Positions 1-13,707 of a stretch of DNA of 64,000 nucleotides are shown here, one piece after another (within the stretch, counting starts at the first letter, position 1; every line of letters starts with the position of its first letter). Source of the DNA: Eledone cirrhosa (lineage: Eukaryota); the NCBI GenBank assembly GCA_964016885.1, contig OZ024744.1, forward strand, positions 20,026,001-20,090,000. The letters are read 5' to 3'. The position numbers and the translations under genes are program-made. The notes under the pieces are model-generated. The model was not told the DNA's origin. It saw nothing but the letters and a program-made list of their open reading frames with translations, and did no database searches.

Positions 1-1170
1 AAAACTGCAGCACACCACCCCACACGACGCAACACCACACTACACGACACTACACCACACTCACTACACTACTCTACACCACACCACCCTAGACTACACC
101 ACACCACACCATATCACAATACACTACACCACTCCACACAAAATCACATTACACTACACCACACTACACCACACTAAACTACACTACACTACACCACACT
201 ACACCACACTACACCGCACCACACTATACTACACCACGCTACACCACACCACATCACACCACCTCATACCCCACTGCACTACACCACACCGTACTACACT
301 ACATTACACCACACTACACCACACTACACCACACTACACCACACCACACAACACTACAACACACCACACCACACCACACACCACGCTACACCACACCACA
401 TCACACCACCTCATACCCCACTACACTACACCACACCACACAACACTACATTACACCGCACAACACTACACCACACGACACCACACACCACACTACACCA
501 CACCTAACACCACACCACACCATACTTCACTACACTACACCTCACTACACCACACAACACCACACCACACGACACCACATTACACCGCACCACACTACAG
601 TACACTACACCACACTATACTACACCCCGCTACACCACACCACATCACACCACCTCATACCCCAATACACCACACTTAACCACATTACACCCCACCGCAC
701 TACACCACACTACACCACACTACACTACACTATACCACACTATACCACACCACACTACATCACACCTCACTACACTACATTACACTACACTACACCACAC
801 CACACCACACTACACCTCACTACACCACACTACACCATACCACACTGCACTACACTACACTACACCACACTACACCACACTACACCACACTACTCCACAC
901 CACGCCGCACAGCACTACACCACGCTCCACCATACTACACTACACCACACTACATTACATTACACCACACTTCACCACACTACACCACACCACACTACAG
1001 CACAACATACTTCACGACACTACAACGCACTACACCACACTGCACTACACTACCCTACACCACACTACACCACACTACACCACACTACACAACATTACAC
1101 CACGCTACACTATACTACACCACACTACACTACACCAACTACACCGTATACCTCACCACACCATACACAT
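1..1170. repeat. degenerate pentanucleotide satellite (CACAC/CTACA)n
   Basis: Continuous accac/actac units over about 1.2 kb; not TTAGGG telomeric repeat. Confidence 0.9.
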
Positions 1171-1309
1171 TCATTCATACCCATAAAACAGATATGACGC
1201 TATTAGAAGAAAAGAAAAGAACAGAAAAGAAGAGAAAGTAAAAATATGTCAAATGTTAAAGAAACAAAACAAAGGAAGCAAATTAAGAAAAGCCACCATA
1301 AATAGAATT

Positions 1310-2176
1310 AAGACAACAACAATTCTTATAACAACAATAACAACAACAATAACAACAACAATAACAACAACAATAACTATAACAGCAATAACAACAACAA
1401 TTAATTATTATAACAATAACTATAACAGCAATAACAACAACAATAACAACAACAATAATAACAATAGCAACAGCAACAATAACAATAATGAAAATAATGA
1501 TAATGATATTGATAATGATATTAATGATAATGATATTAATGATAATGATATTAATGATAAAGCCCTAGATGATATTACGATCCCCAAACTAACCATTATG
1601 TATGTATGTATGTATGTATGTATGTATGTATGTATGTATGTATGTATGTATGTATGTATGTATGTATGTATGCATATATGTATGTATGTATATATGTATG
1701 TATGTATGCATATATGTATGTATGTATGCATGTATGTATGTATATATGAATGTATGTATGTATGCATATATGTATGTATGTATATATGTATGTATGTATA
1801 TATGAATGTATGTATGTATATATGTATGTATATATGTATGCATGTATGTATGTATATATGTATGTATGTATATATGTATATATGTATGTATGTGTATATG
1901 TATGTATGTATGTATATATGTATATATGTATGCATGTATGCATGTATGTATGTATGTATATATATATATGTGTGTGTGTGTGTGTATATGTAGGTATGTA
2001 TGTATGTATGTATCTATATATGTATGTTATGTATGTATATATGTATGTATAGTGAATGTATGAGTGTATGCATGTTATGTATGTGTTATGTGCGTTTGTA
2101 CGTACGCATGTATGTATAACATCATCAACAACAACACCAATAACAACAAGAACAACAAAACAACAACAACAACAAC

Positions 2177-2216
<40 letters not shown>

Positions 2217-2225
2217 GCAATAATA
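1310..2225. repeat. compound microsatellite (AAC/AAT)n-(TATG)n-(AAC)n(AAT)n
   Basis: Directly visible; explains the ORFs at 1253-2063. Confidence 0.95.
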
Positions 2226-2463
2226 AGTAGCAACGAGTACATAGCTACATACTCATCGTCCTATAACACTGTAAAACACTCAAATGTATTAGCATCGAGC
2301 GGAAGCTGTCCGACTCAGTTTCCGCTCCGTTTGGGGAACGCCACCACCCTATCGAACTATCCAAAGCTAGCATGTACTAAAAAGAAAAATCAGACAATGA
2401 ATTTCTTTCTATTTTATTATTTTTTATCATGACAAGACTGTTTTTTATGTTCTTATTTTAATT

Positions 2464-2499
<36 letters not shown>

Positions 2500-2963
2500 G
2501 TACACACACACACATACACACACACACACATATATATATATTCTTTTAGACCACCAATCCTATACATAGGTGCATTTGAAGATGGTGGCAGTGGTGGTAG
2601 TTGTATTGGTAATAGTTGTTGTTGTAGTTGTTGTTGATGTGACGTTGATGTTAGTTAAGAGTTGGTCTTGTTGCTGATACAAGAGACTTGGATTATTCAT
2701 TAACCGTCAGTGGTTTACACTTTCTTTCTTTGTCTTCTCATTTTTTACTTGTTTTATTCTATTTTATTTATGATACCTCCCTTCAAATCAATAGATGTGT
2801 ACGAGAGGAAAAAATAGACTAGAGTATATCATACCCTTTCTTTATTTACTACATTACATAGCAGGATTGTAAAATATTTGGATGTACCTACCCTATGTAC
2901 CTATTAATGGATGTACACTCCCGCGAACCACAACGCCTACACACACATATACAACACGCGTAC

Positions 2964-3055
<92 letters not shown>

Positions 3056-3067
3056 CGCGTATATATG

Positions 3068-3122
<55 letters not shown>

Positions 3123-3239
3123 TGTGTGTATATGTGTGGACAAACATCTGTAAAAATGCAATTATGTATGAGTATCTACAAATATATACATACATGTATA
3201 AATACATTTTCGAACTTCTATTTTTCTATCTACTTTTTC

Positions 3240-3370
3240 TTGCGAGAAAAACCACAAACCTTCCATCTCAATTCTATTTTTTAAAAGCATAAGAACTGTG
3301 AAACCGGTAAAGGAAATAAATATATATTCTTAAAAAGACTCCAGTTGCATTTTCGATTTCCTTTCCTTAT
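3240..3370 (+). mobile_element. Penelope-like element terminus with degenerate hammerhead motif
   Basis: Homologous to 53410-53555 (+) and 60705-60818 (-); contains gcat-aagaa-ctgt-GAAA-CCGG-TA-aag. Confidence 0.55.
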
Positions 3371-3383
3371 ATATATATGTATA

Positions 3384-3479
<96 letters not shown>

Positions 3480-3594
3480 AGTAGAGAGAGAGTGTGTGTG
3501 TGTGTTTGAGAGAGAAAGAGAGAGAGAGTGAGAGAGGGGAAAAGAGAGAAATAGTTGATCAGGAGAGAATAATAAGGTCTGTAGTACCACTCTA

Positions 3595-3700
3595 GTGCTG
3601 ACAAAGAGGAAGGACATTGGGGAGCAGATCGAGACTGGAGTCGGGTCCATAACTCCTATTTGTCACCTTGAGTCAATCCTCTGCGAAACGCGCGTAACAG
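3595..3700 (+). ncRNA. hammerhead-ribozyme-like motif with long stem II insertion
   Basis: CTGACAA, AGAGGA...TCCTCT stem, GAAA-CGCGCG-TA; core is non-canonical and stem I weak. Confidence 0.4.
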
Positions 3701-3756
3701 GTCAATACGCAATGAATAGTTTTCATGTGTAAATGAAACTTCCACGTTTTTTCTAT

Positions 3757-3838
<82 letters not shown>

Positions 3839-3919
3839 TTTAACTGGAGTTCTTTTCTGTCCTTTCGTAGCAAAGCTGTTCCCTACTTATATATGTATAT
3901 ATGTGTGTGTGCGTGTGTG

Positions 3920-4320
3920 TGCCAAAGGAAGGCTATATGACGCTTGTATGAAGTGCGATACTGCATTGGAAGGGAAACATGGGAAGTAACTGCAGAGGAC
4001 ATGCGTAGACTGGAAAGAACTGAAGCAAGCATGCTTCGTTGGATGTGCCATGTAAATGTGAGAGATGGGCAGATCTTGGATGAACTGAGAAAGCATCCAA
4101 AGTGGTGTGCTGGATAGACTGCACTGGTACAGACATGTGACGTGTATGGATGATAATTGCTGGGTGAAAAGTGCCAAGAAATCCCATTGGAAAGAAGCTA
4201 CAGTAAAGGTAGACCAAGAAAGACCTCGGCAGAGGTGGTGAAGGTGATCTCAAATAACTGAGACTCAGAGAGGAGATGACGAAGAAATGTGGCAAGTGGA
4301 GGGCTGGTGTGCTGAAAATG
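3920..4320 (+). mobile_element. RTE-clade LINE 3' fragment (degenerate)
   Basis: Manual translation gives KGRLYDAC...RLERTEASMLRWMC...RLHWY.HV...GRPRKT, typical of the RTE ORF C-terminus. Confidence 0.7.
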
Positions 4321-4334
4321 ACTCGTCAAATTTT

Positions 4335-4430
4335 CTATCGATCTGTTTGATAGATAAATAGGTAGATAAATAGACAAATAAATAGACATACAGGTAAATA
4401 GAGAGATAGATAGATAGGTAGATAGATATA
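4335..4430. repeat. (GATA)n microsatellite, distal flank of Tx1 array 1
   Basis: gataga tagata repeats abut the 3' end of Tx1 copy A. Confidence 0.85.
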
Positions 4431-4647
4431 TTTCTTTATTAGCCACAAGGGCGCACAATAAAAGGGGACAAAACAAAGACATACAATCGTGCAAAAAATA
4501 TAAAACAAACAATTATAACAATCGAAATCCCCAATAGGGGGGAAGCTCCACAAATGGGTTGTTTATTACCCCGTCAATAGAACAACCGTCAACTTCAGGA
4601 GTGTGTTGTGCAAGTGCTCCTTTCTTCCTTTTGCTCAATTATTCAAC

Positions 4648-7600
4648 CTACAGGCTTATAAACAGAGAAGGCTCAATCACTCGGGCCATTTTTGCCACAT
4701 TCACCCACCTTTCAGTAAATTTACTGGGGTGCAGTGCCCCTCTCTCCACTCTGATTCTCCTTCTAAAATGGTATCTAAAGAAGAGAATGAGTTGTCCGGA
4801 GAGAAAGGCATCTGTCCTCAGTCCTCTCAATCTCGTCCACCATATAACCTCTTTCACCATAGCCACTATACAGAGGAAACCGCCCCTCTTTCGTTTTTGA
4901 AAGGAGTTGGTGGTTTGATTCTTACTATGGACTCGGCAGTCAACTGGATTTGTCCCATACGCGACAGCAGCTGTTCTGCCTAGTTCCAAAGGTCGGTTAC
5001 GCCCGGGCAGTATACAATTGCGTGCAGGACGGTTCAATGTCCTGCGCGCATCTTGAACACGTGCTCTTGGAAAGATCCCTGCCGGGGCGTCGGTGCCTGT
5101 AGATCTTGGTCACGAACTGGTAGAGCTCCTCGGTAGCACTGCCAGGCCAGGGAACTCTGGAAGTTATCCATGGGTCTCGGGCGGAAAGTCCTACCAAACA
5201 GATTGGTGAGTTCGTCGTCTTCGACACCTAGAGTCTCTCCGAGCACGTCGTCGCCCTTGTAACGTACAATCCCTCTATAGAATGTCGAAGTGGAGTCTGC
5301 ACTGATTGCCGTGCCCGCTTGACAGAGGATGTGAGCGCCTGAGCGCATTCAATGTGCCAGGCGCCCATCTTCTTCGGTCTTCACTTGACCCAGGACTGCA
5401 GCTCCGTCAGCGAGACAAGTTGCGGGAAGGCCTGTCTCACAAACGGTGCCCACACCGGTTGGGGGTCGGTGAGGAATACCCGTAGATGCCGAACCAGACC
5501 CCGAGCAATTTCACCGGTCCGTCCGTCCAGCGTCCGACGACGCTCTCGGACGGCATTGGTTTGCCTCTCCACGTTCCGAGTTACAAACCGACGGACTTGT
5601 CCGGGTTCAATTTTGCTCATGTGAGCCTGCAGTAAGTTGCCGATCGCACCGATTTCGGAGGCTTCCGACACCATCACCGTCATATCGTCGGCATAACTCG
5701 ACGCCGCTTTCCGCAGTCCCGGTTCCAACTGAATGCCCTGCAGCAGCTCCAGCTTCCGCAGTAGTGGCTCTAGAGTCAGTACGTACAGAACAGAGGAGAG
5801 AGGGCATCCTTGTCGTATGGAACGCGTGATTGCGAAGGCTCCGATAGGTAGCCGTTCACCTTGAACATCGAGCAGATGTTGGTGTGCATTGCGGCGATCC
5901 AGCCTCTGAAGACGGGTCCGAAACCGGCCGCCTTGAGAACCGCTTCCAAGTATCGATTGTCGATCCTATCGAACGCCTTAGACGGATCTAAATTGATCAG
6001 AGCCTAACCAAAGCCGGGTTTACACCCCACCCTCTCTGTGATGTATCGCATGAGGTGGAGGTTGTCGTTTATGGACGTGATCGGGATTGCGCACGTTTGT
6101 GCTTTCCCTACCAGGTTCTCGACGACAAGCGCCAACCTCGTTGCCAACACCTTGGCCAAAATCTTTAACTCTGGTTTGAGCAGAGTCATGGGCCTAAAGT
6201 TGCTTAATTCGTCCCCCTTGTTCTCGTCTTTCCTGATCAGTGTTACTACACCCCTGCTTGGAGAACTGGGAATGCTGCCGTTCCACTGCCAGATAACATG
6301 TCCGGCATGACTATGTAAAACTCATAGGGTAGACCATCTAGACCGGGAGATTTTCGTTTCCCGCAGCGGCCCAGAGCGTCCCATATCTCAGTGGCTGTGA
6401 TCTGTCTTTCGCAGAACTCGGCGTCCATGCTCGAGAGACGCGGCAGGCAGTCGAGGTATGAACCGAAGTCCATTTCCCCGTTCGACGCACTACCAGTCTG
6501 CCCGAACAGTTGCGCCAAATGACGCTGAAAAACCGCGCACATCCGCATGGGCTCAAGTAGCACACGTCCGTTTTGGTCTTTCAAAGACCGAATCGTGGAC
6601 TTCTTGCCAATTTTTGCCTCTGCCACTCGGGCCCAGCTAACAGCTTTCGCCCCCTCGTTTCCTAGAGCACGTGATTTAATTCTGACCACGCATCTTTCGT
6701 GTTTCGCGTTGAAGAACTGTTCCAGTGCCGTTCTCGTTGCTAGCACTCTAGCTACGTCGCCACTCCTAAGCGCCTCCTCTACCTTGGCTACTAGTTCCGT
6801 TTCTGTTTTGTTTCTCTCTAAGGCTAACTCTCTGCTAAAATCTATCGACTCTACTCTAATTGCTTTCTTGAGGGAGTACCACCTTCTGTTGTTGACGATG
6901 GCTCCCGTCAATTGTTGCTTAACTACGCTACTTATCCGTTCACTGTAGGCTTTACGTGTCGGTAGCGATACGTTCAGCTTCCAGTATCCAGGTCCTTGTC
7001 TATGTATTCTATCACGGTTGACTATGCAGATGACTAGTTTGTGGTCTGAATAGGCAACCATGTGCATTTGTGGACAGCTTAACATCTTGTCCTTCTCTCT
7101 AATGAAAAACCTATCTTAATGCGATCTAGATGTCCCGCTACGGTTTGCCCACGTCCACTGTGGTGCAGTCGGGAAATCTAGTCGATATCTATCAGCCAGT
7201 TGGAATTGGCCGATTAGATTTTTGAGGCTGTTGCATGCTCATCTACTGGGACATGCTCCCACATAGTCCTATCGTGCATCTAGGATACGATTCCAGTCCC
7301 CCACTAAAAAGTAAGGAGCGAGACGTTCCCAGAAAAGACTAGACGCTTAAAGAAATCTGGCCACGATTGGGATTGCCCGGTTGGGGCATAAACGGCCACC
7401 AGTCTGAAGGCTCCACCTCCAATACTGTTCACGTCTAGGACTACCAGTCTACCCTCCGGGTCTAAGTGTACTTGCTGTACTTCGACGTCCAGGTTTTTCT
7501 GAAACATGACAGCCACTCCACCTGCACCTCCTGGCTGACAGAGAGATGCGTAGATCTCAAAGTCATTGAAGATGGGCGTTAGTTGCTGCCTGTTGTGGAT

Positions 7601-7723
7601 CCTGGACTCGGTGATGGCTATCACATCCATACTGTGTGACCTAAGGTCATTTAAAAGTTGGCCCTGTTTCCAGGGCATCCCTAGGACACGCACATTCATG
7701 CTTCCAACTCATAAATTAGCCAT
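4648..7723 (-). pseudogene. Tx1 A ORF2 (APE endonuclease-RT), disrupted
   Basis: Fragments MNVRVLG..VIAITESR, YSDHK, GYWKLN, KSPGLDGLPYEFY, SYADD, CSRCAQ; multiple stops and frameshifts. Confidence 0.88.
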
Positions 7724-7765
7724 GTTGGTGGAGAAGAGTTGGCGAAAAAGGACGAAAAGATGCAC

Positions 7766-9837
7766 TTACCCTTTCGTTTCCTGGAGATCGGGTTGTTCAA
7801 TCTCCATTTGGGTGCTGGAGGTGTTGGGTGGGATGGGGAAACAATTTAGCAGGACGCGGTTGACGAGTTTCTGGCAGGGGTTGCCCACGTCCTGCGAAAA
7901 TTTATTCTGCAGGTCACCATATAAACCTTATAAGTTTAAGGTGTGGAGACGAATCCGCCTTCACAAAAGTTTTACCCTCGGTTTCCACGTTAGTGTTTTG
8001 GGAGATGACCTCCATTAAATCTTTGTTGTTGGTGTTGACGTATGCGTATTGTCTGTGTTTTTGTTGTGTTGTTTTTGTTTCTTGTTCGTTCGGAGATTTC
8101 TTTTTATTGTGGGTGATTGTGTTTGGGGTGGTGTTGGTTTTGCTGGTAGGGGGATGTTTGACTGTGGTGTTGTTTGTGTTGTTGTTTGTGTTGTTGTTTG
8201 TGTTGTTGTTTGTGTCTGTGGTTCTGTGTTGGTGTTGGTGATTGGAATTTTGGGGGTTTTGTGGTGTTTCTTTTTTTGTTTTTTGGATTCCCGAGGCTCT
8301 CCTTCTTCTTCACTTAAAGAAGGAGAAGCAGCCTCATCTGTTGTTGAATAATCATCGTCAGGAGTGTGGGGTAGGAGTTTGTTGTGTGGTGGTGGTGTTT
8401 CGGTGTGTGTATTTGTGGTAGTGTTGGATGGAGTGGGATGGGGTGGGCTGTGTTCTCAGGGGTGTTGTCTGTGTTTTTTCTGTTGTTGTTGGTTGAATGG
8501 CTGTTTGTTTTGGTGTGTTTGCTTGTTTCCTGTGTTGTTGTAGTGGTTCTGGTTGTTTTGGTGTTGGTGTTGGTAACAGTGTTGTCTTTTGGATTGTTTT
8601 GTTTGAGCGTGTTTGTAAAGGGCAGGAGGTCTTTAGAGGTGTGGTGCTATTACAACGAAGGCAATGTGGTTTTGTCCTTCAACCGAAATGCTTATGTGGC
8701 TGTTGTTGTCCACCAGCACTTTTTCGGGTATTTTGGAGATTCTCTCCGGGCTCATTTGCACCAGAATCTCCAAATTTGTACCAGACCACGTGTGTCTGGT
8801 TGACTTTCTAATGGAGAGAATGGTGTATTTTCTCTCCACTAAAAATCGTGTTAATATCCCCCAAATATTAATATTTGGTGATATGTTTGTAATTCTGATT
8901 TTGTGTGTCCTTTTTCCCAGGTATGTAGGGAAAAAGGTGTATTTTTTGACAGTATTGGCGTCACTGAGTATCTTTGTGCAAGGGTCTCGCTTTTGAGGTG
9001 TACCGAAATACTCCCGTACTGTTTGGCCCTCTTCATAAAATCAATGTTTGGCAATATCTCCTTCAAGGTTGCCTCAATTTCCCCTTGACTGAGAAATGCT
9101 GGTCGTTTTGTTTCATTTGAAACAGTTCTGAAGGTAATTGTCCTTCGCAATATTTCCAGTCGAATTTCTGGGGGTGAGTTTATCTGAAATCCAACGTTTT
9201 CACCGAAAGTGATACACTCCTTTGCTTCAGAGAGCATCTGTTTAGCATTGGAGATATTGAGATCCTTGAACTCTTGTGTCTTGATGACTGTTTGAGCACA
9301 AGTTATTTTTTTGGTGTTGTTGTTATTGTGGTTGTTGTGGTTGTCGGTTTTTCCGTTTGTAGTTGTGTCAATAGTTTTATTTTCTGTTGTTTTTTTTGTT
9401 GTTTTGGTGTCTGTTGTACACTGTGTGGTTAAATCTTGTTTTTATTTTTGTTGTCCATATTGGCTTCCATGGTGACGCCAATACATGCGGAGTTTGAGGT
9501 AACGTTATTATTATTTGTGACTGTTTCTGTAAAAGTTATTTTTTTTTGTGTTGTTGTTATTGTTGTTGTGGTTGTCGGTTTTTCCGTTTGTAGTATGTCT
9601 ATTGTTTCATTTTGTGTGGTTTTTTATGTCTGTTGTAAGCTGTGTTATGTGTGTTGTAAGCTGTCCATCTTGTAAGTTACATTTTTCGGCTTCTTGGCAA
9701 AACAAAACTTTGTTGTCACTATTTGTCTCTATAACGACACCTATGTAGGCAGAAATTGCGGCAACTTTACTCTCTGCATTTCTCTCTCTACTTTCTTCGT
9801 CAGCGTTCGGTAGCGTTCCTTCTACTAAGCTAGCCAT
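7766..9837 (-). pseudogene. Tx1 A ORF1, disrupted
   Basis: RRTITFRT..RAKQYGSISVHLKS homologous to the ORF1 at 38586-39995; degenerate zinc knuckle; Thr/Asn/Gln-rich linkers. Confidence 0.8.
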
Positions 9838-10284
9838 TATCGATAGCAAAAATGTTAAATTTTTTGCAAATTTTTCAGATAAAATGTCCGCCCGTGTGGG
9901 GCAAAAACTGAGATTGCCACTCAGCTGACAATTCAGCCTGGGTGTTAATCTATCAAACAATATAAATTTTCACACAATAAATTCTGTTTTTGTATAGAAA
10001 ATTTTACAAAATCTTACCGACGATCTATTGCACGTCTGGTCGATACATAGATAAATTCTTTTATTAGCCACAAGGGCACAAAAGAAGGGGACAAATACAA
10101 ATGGGGAGTTTACATGCAGGTATATGAAAATAAAACTATTAATACAATAACAAATAACAATTGAAATCCCCAATAGGGGGGAGGCGTTACACAGGGTTGT
10201 AACACCCCGAACAAATGTACAACCCTTATCTCTAGGAGCACCAAGAGTGAGTACTCCCTTCCTCTATTCCGCTTTTTCCTCAAC

Positions 10285-13200
10285 CTACAGGCTTATATAG
10301 AGAGAAGGCCCAACCACTCGGGCCATCTTTGCCACATTCACCCACCTTTTATAAAATTTGCTGGGTACAGCACCTCTCTCTCCATCCTGATTCTTCTTCC
10401 AAAATGATATTTGAAAAAACGAATCAGTTGCTCGCCGGAGAGGAAGGTGTCTGACCTCAGCCCTTTTAACCTCGTCCACCATATAACCTCTTTCACCATA
10501 GCCATAACACATATCAAAACCGCCCCTCCCTCGTTTTTGAAGGAGGGTGGCGGTTTGATCATGACAATGGACTCGGTGGTCAACTGGATTCGTCCCACCC
10601 GCGACAATAGTCGTTCTACATAGCCCACAGGTCGGTAACGCCCAAATGCGTGTGCCACGGTCTCCTCGTCGCGCACGCATCTCGGACAGATCTTTTTCGA
10701 AGGGTCCCCTGTAGAGCTTGTCTTGAACTGGTAGAGCTCCTCGTTAGCACTGCCAGGCCAGGGACTTTTGGAAGTTGTCCATTGGTCCCGGGCGGAAGGT
10801 CCTACCGAACAGACTGGCCAGTTCGTCCAAAGTATCTACGAACGTGTCGTCGCACTTGCTGCGGACCAACGCTCTATAGAATGTCGAAGTGGAGTCTCCA
10901 CTGATCGGCAGGTCCGTTTGTCAGAGGACTGAGCGCCTGAGCACATTCGATGTGCCAGTCGCTCATTTTCCTCGGTCTTTGCTTGACCCAAGACTACAGC
11001 TCGGTCAGCGAGACGAGTCGTGGGAAGGCTCGCCTCACGAAGGGGCCCACACCGGTTGTCTAGTGAGGAATACGTGGAGGTGCCGCAGCCTGAGCGCGTG
11101 TTTGCGCATCGTCAGCCACAGCATCCCCAGCCCTCCGTTTGAAGGGTGTTGGCACCAGATGGATCTTCTCACCAAAGGAACCCCTTTCTTCCAAAGGAAT
11201 TGGAAGAGCGCGCGCTCCATTTTGGTGAGCGTTTTGGCTGGACAAGGCACAACGGCCAAGCGGTAGTAGATGACGGTCGCTATAAAAGTGTTCGCCACCT
11301 TCGCTCGACCTTTCAAGGATAGTTTGCACTCGGCCCACTTCTGGGTGAGGGCAAACACCTTGGCCGTCACCTCGTTCCAGTTCTTCTCCAACTGGGGGTC
11401 TGGACCAAACCAGACCCCGAGCAGCTTTACCGGTCCTTCCGTCCACCGTCCGACGACGTCATCGGAAGGCATCGGTTTGCCTCTCCACGTTCCGAGTTGC
11501 AAACCGACGGATTTGTCCCGGTTCCGCTTCGCTCCTGTGAACCTTTCGTATTCCTCCAGTAAGGTGCCTATCTCCCCGAGGTGCTCGACACCATTACTGT
11601 CACCTCGTCGGCGTAGGCCGACGCCGCTTTTCGCAGTCCCGTTTCCAGAGGGATGCCCTGCAATAGCTCCAACTTCCGCAGTATTGGCTCGAGAGTCAAC
11701 ACGTAGAGAAGGGAGGAGAGAGGGCATCCCTGTCGGATGGATCGCGTGATATGGAACGGCTCCGAGAGGTAGCCGTTCACCTTGACGCTTGAGCAGATGT
11801 TGCTGTTGTGCATTGCAGCAATCCAGCCCCTGAACACGGGACCGAAGCCTGCCGCCTCGAGCACCGGATCCAGGTAACGATGGTCAACCCTATCGAAAGC
11901 CTTAGACTGATCCAAGTTGATCAGGGCCCCACCGAAGCCGGATTTCCACCCTACCCTCTCTATGATGTATTATCGCATATGGTGGAGGTTGTCGTGTATG
12001 GACCTGGTCGGGATTGCGCATGTCTGCGCTTCTCACACCAGGATTTCGACGACAAGCGCCAGCCTCTTTGCCAACACCTTGGCCAAAATCTGTAACTCTG
12101 TGTTGAACAGAGTTATGGGCCGGAAGTTGCCTATGTCATCCCCTTTGTTATCGTCCTTCTTGACTAACGCGATTACGCCCTTGGTCACAGAACTGGGAAT
12201 TCTCCCGTTCTGCTTCTAGTTGCAGTAGACCGCTTCCAGGAGACCGGAGAACAAGTCCGGCATTGCTACGTAAAATTCGTAGGATAGACCGTCGAGACCT
12301 GGAGATTTGCGTTTGCCGCATTGGCTCAGCACGTACCCTATCTCAGCGGCCGAAATCAGCCTTTCGCAGAACTTCGCCTCGCTGTCCGAGAGTTGCGGTA
12401 GGCCGTCGAGGTATGATACGAAATCCATAGCCCTCCTGGCTCGCCGCCCTGCCCGAACAGTTGAGCAAAGTGCCGCTGAAAGGCCGCGCACATTTACTTC
12501 GGCTTACGTATCACGTGTCCGTCTTGGTCCTTCAAAGACCAAATCTTGGACTTGTTGCCACTTTTCGCCTCCATCACTCGGGCCCAGTTAACAGCTTTCG
12601 CTCCCTCGTTTCCTAGAGCACGTATTTTGCTTATGACAACGCAGCCTTCATGCTTTGCGTCGAAGAACTGGTCCAAGGCCGTTCTCGTCGCTAGCACGCT
12701 GGCTACGTTGCCACTCCTAAGTGCCTCTTCTACATTATCTACGAGTTCCTTTTCGGTCTTATTTCTATTTAACACTAATTCTTTACTAAAACCTATCGAA
12801 TCGAATCTAACTGCCCTCTGTTGTTGACAATGGCCCCCGTCAAGTGCTGCTTAACTAAAGTGCTAATCCGTTTACTGTAGGCTTTGCATGTCGGTAACGA
12901 CAAGTTCAGCTTCCAGTAGCCAGGTTCCTGTCTATGGTTTTGTCAAGGTTGACTAAGCAGGTCACTAATTTGTGATCTGAATAGGCAACCATGAACATTT
13001 GTGGACAGCTTAACATGTCCCTATCCTTCTTTCTAACTAGAACCCTGTCTAGGTACGATCTAGATGTTCCGCTACGATTACTCCACGTCCACAGTGGCAC
13101 AGTCAGAAAATCTAGTCCATATCTATCGGCCAGAGTCAAATCAGCCGATTAACTGTTTGAGGCTGTTACAGCCCCTTCTATCGGGACATGCTCCCACATA

Positions 13201-13667
13201 GTCCCAACGTGCCTCTATGATTCCATTCCAGTCCCCCACGAACATCAGGGAGCGGAACGTTCCCAGAAAAGTCTCTAGACGTTTGAAGAAGTCTGGCCGC
13301 GGTGTCCCGGATGGGGCATATTCGGCCACCAGCCTGAAGGCTCCACCTTCACTACCGTCAACGTCTAGGACCACCAGCCGACTCTCCGGGTCCAGATGTA
13401 CCATCTGTGTTACGAGGTCCAGGTGTTTCCGCAGCAAAACGGCAACCCCACCCCCACCTCCCGGCTGACAGGGAGATGCGTAGATCTCAAAGTCGTCGAA
13501 GATGGGGGTCAGTTGTCGCTCGCTGTCGATCCTGAACTCGCAAATGGCTACTACATTCATACTGTGTGACCTGAGGTCGTTTAAGAGTTTGCCCTGTTGC
13601 CAGGGCGTACATTCACACGTCCAACCAGGCCGTGTACATTCACACATCCAACTCTTATATTGGCCAT
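10285..13667 (-). pseudogene. Tx1 B ORF2, disrupted
   Basis: APE (GDWNG, SDHK) and RT motifs spread over several frames in the ORF track. Confidence 0.88.
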
Positions 13668-13707
13668 GTTGGTGTTGAAAAGTTAAAAGAAGAGGAAAAG
13701 AAATCAC

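Larger units (their letters stand above)
2965..3835. repeat. (TA)n, (GT)n and (GA)n microsatellite blocks
   Basis: Directly visible; interspersed with short unique segments. Confidence 0.9.
4431..10041 (-). mobile_element. Tx1/L1-clade non-LTR retrotransposon copy A (near full length, defective)
   Basis: ORF1 (about 9837-7766) and ORF2 (7723-4648) with APE, RT and C-terminal Cys/His motif; ends CCCTTGTGGCTAATAAAGAAA then (TATC)n. Confidence 0.9.

Noticed and set aside
1-1170. Telomeric repeat, with Tx1 arrays as telomeric retroelements
   Set aside because: The unit is a CACAC/CTACA pentamer, not TTAGGG or TTAGG; no evidence of a chromosome end.
1253-2063. 246-aa and overlapping ORFs rich in MYVC/HTYI
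   Set aside because: Translations of (TATG)n and (AAC)n microsatellites; no complex domain.
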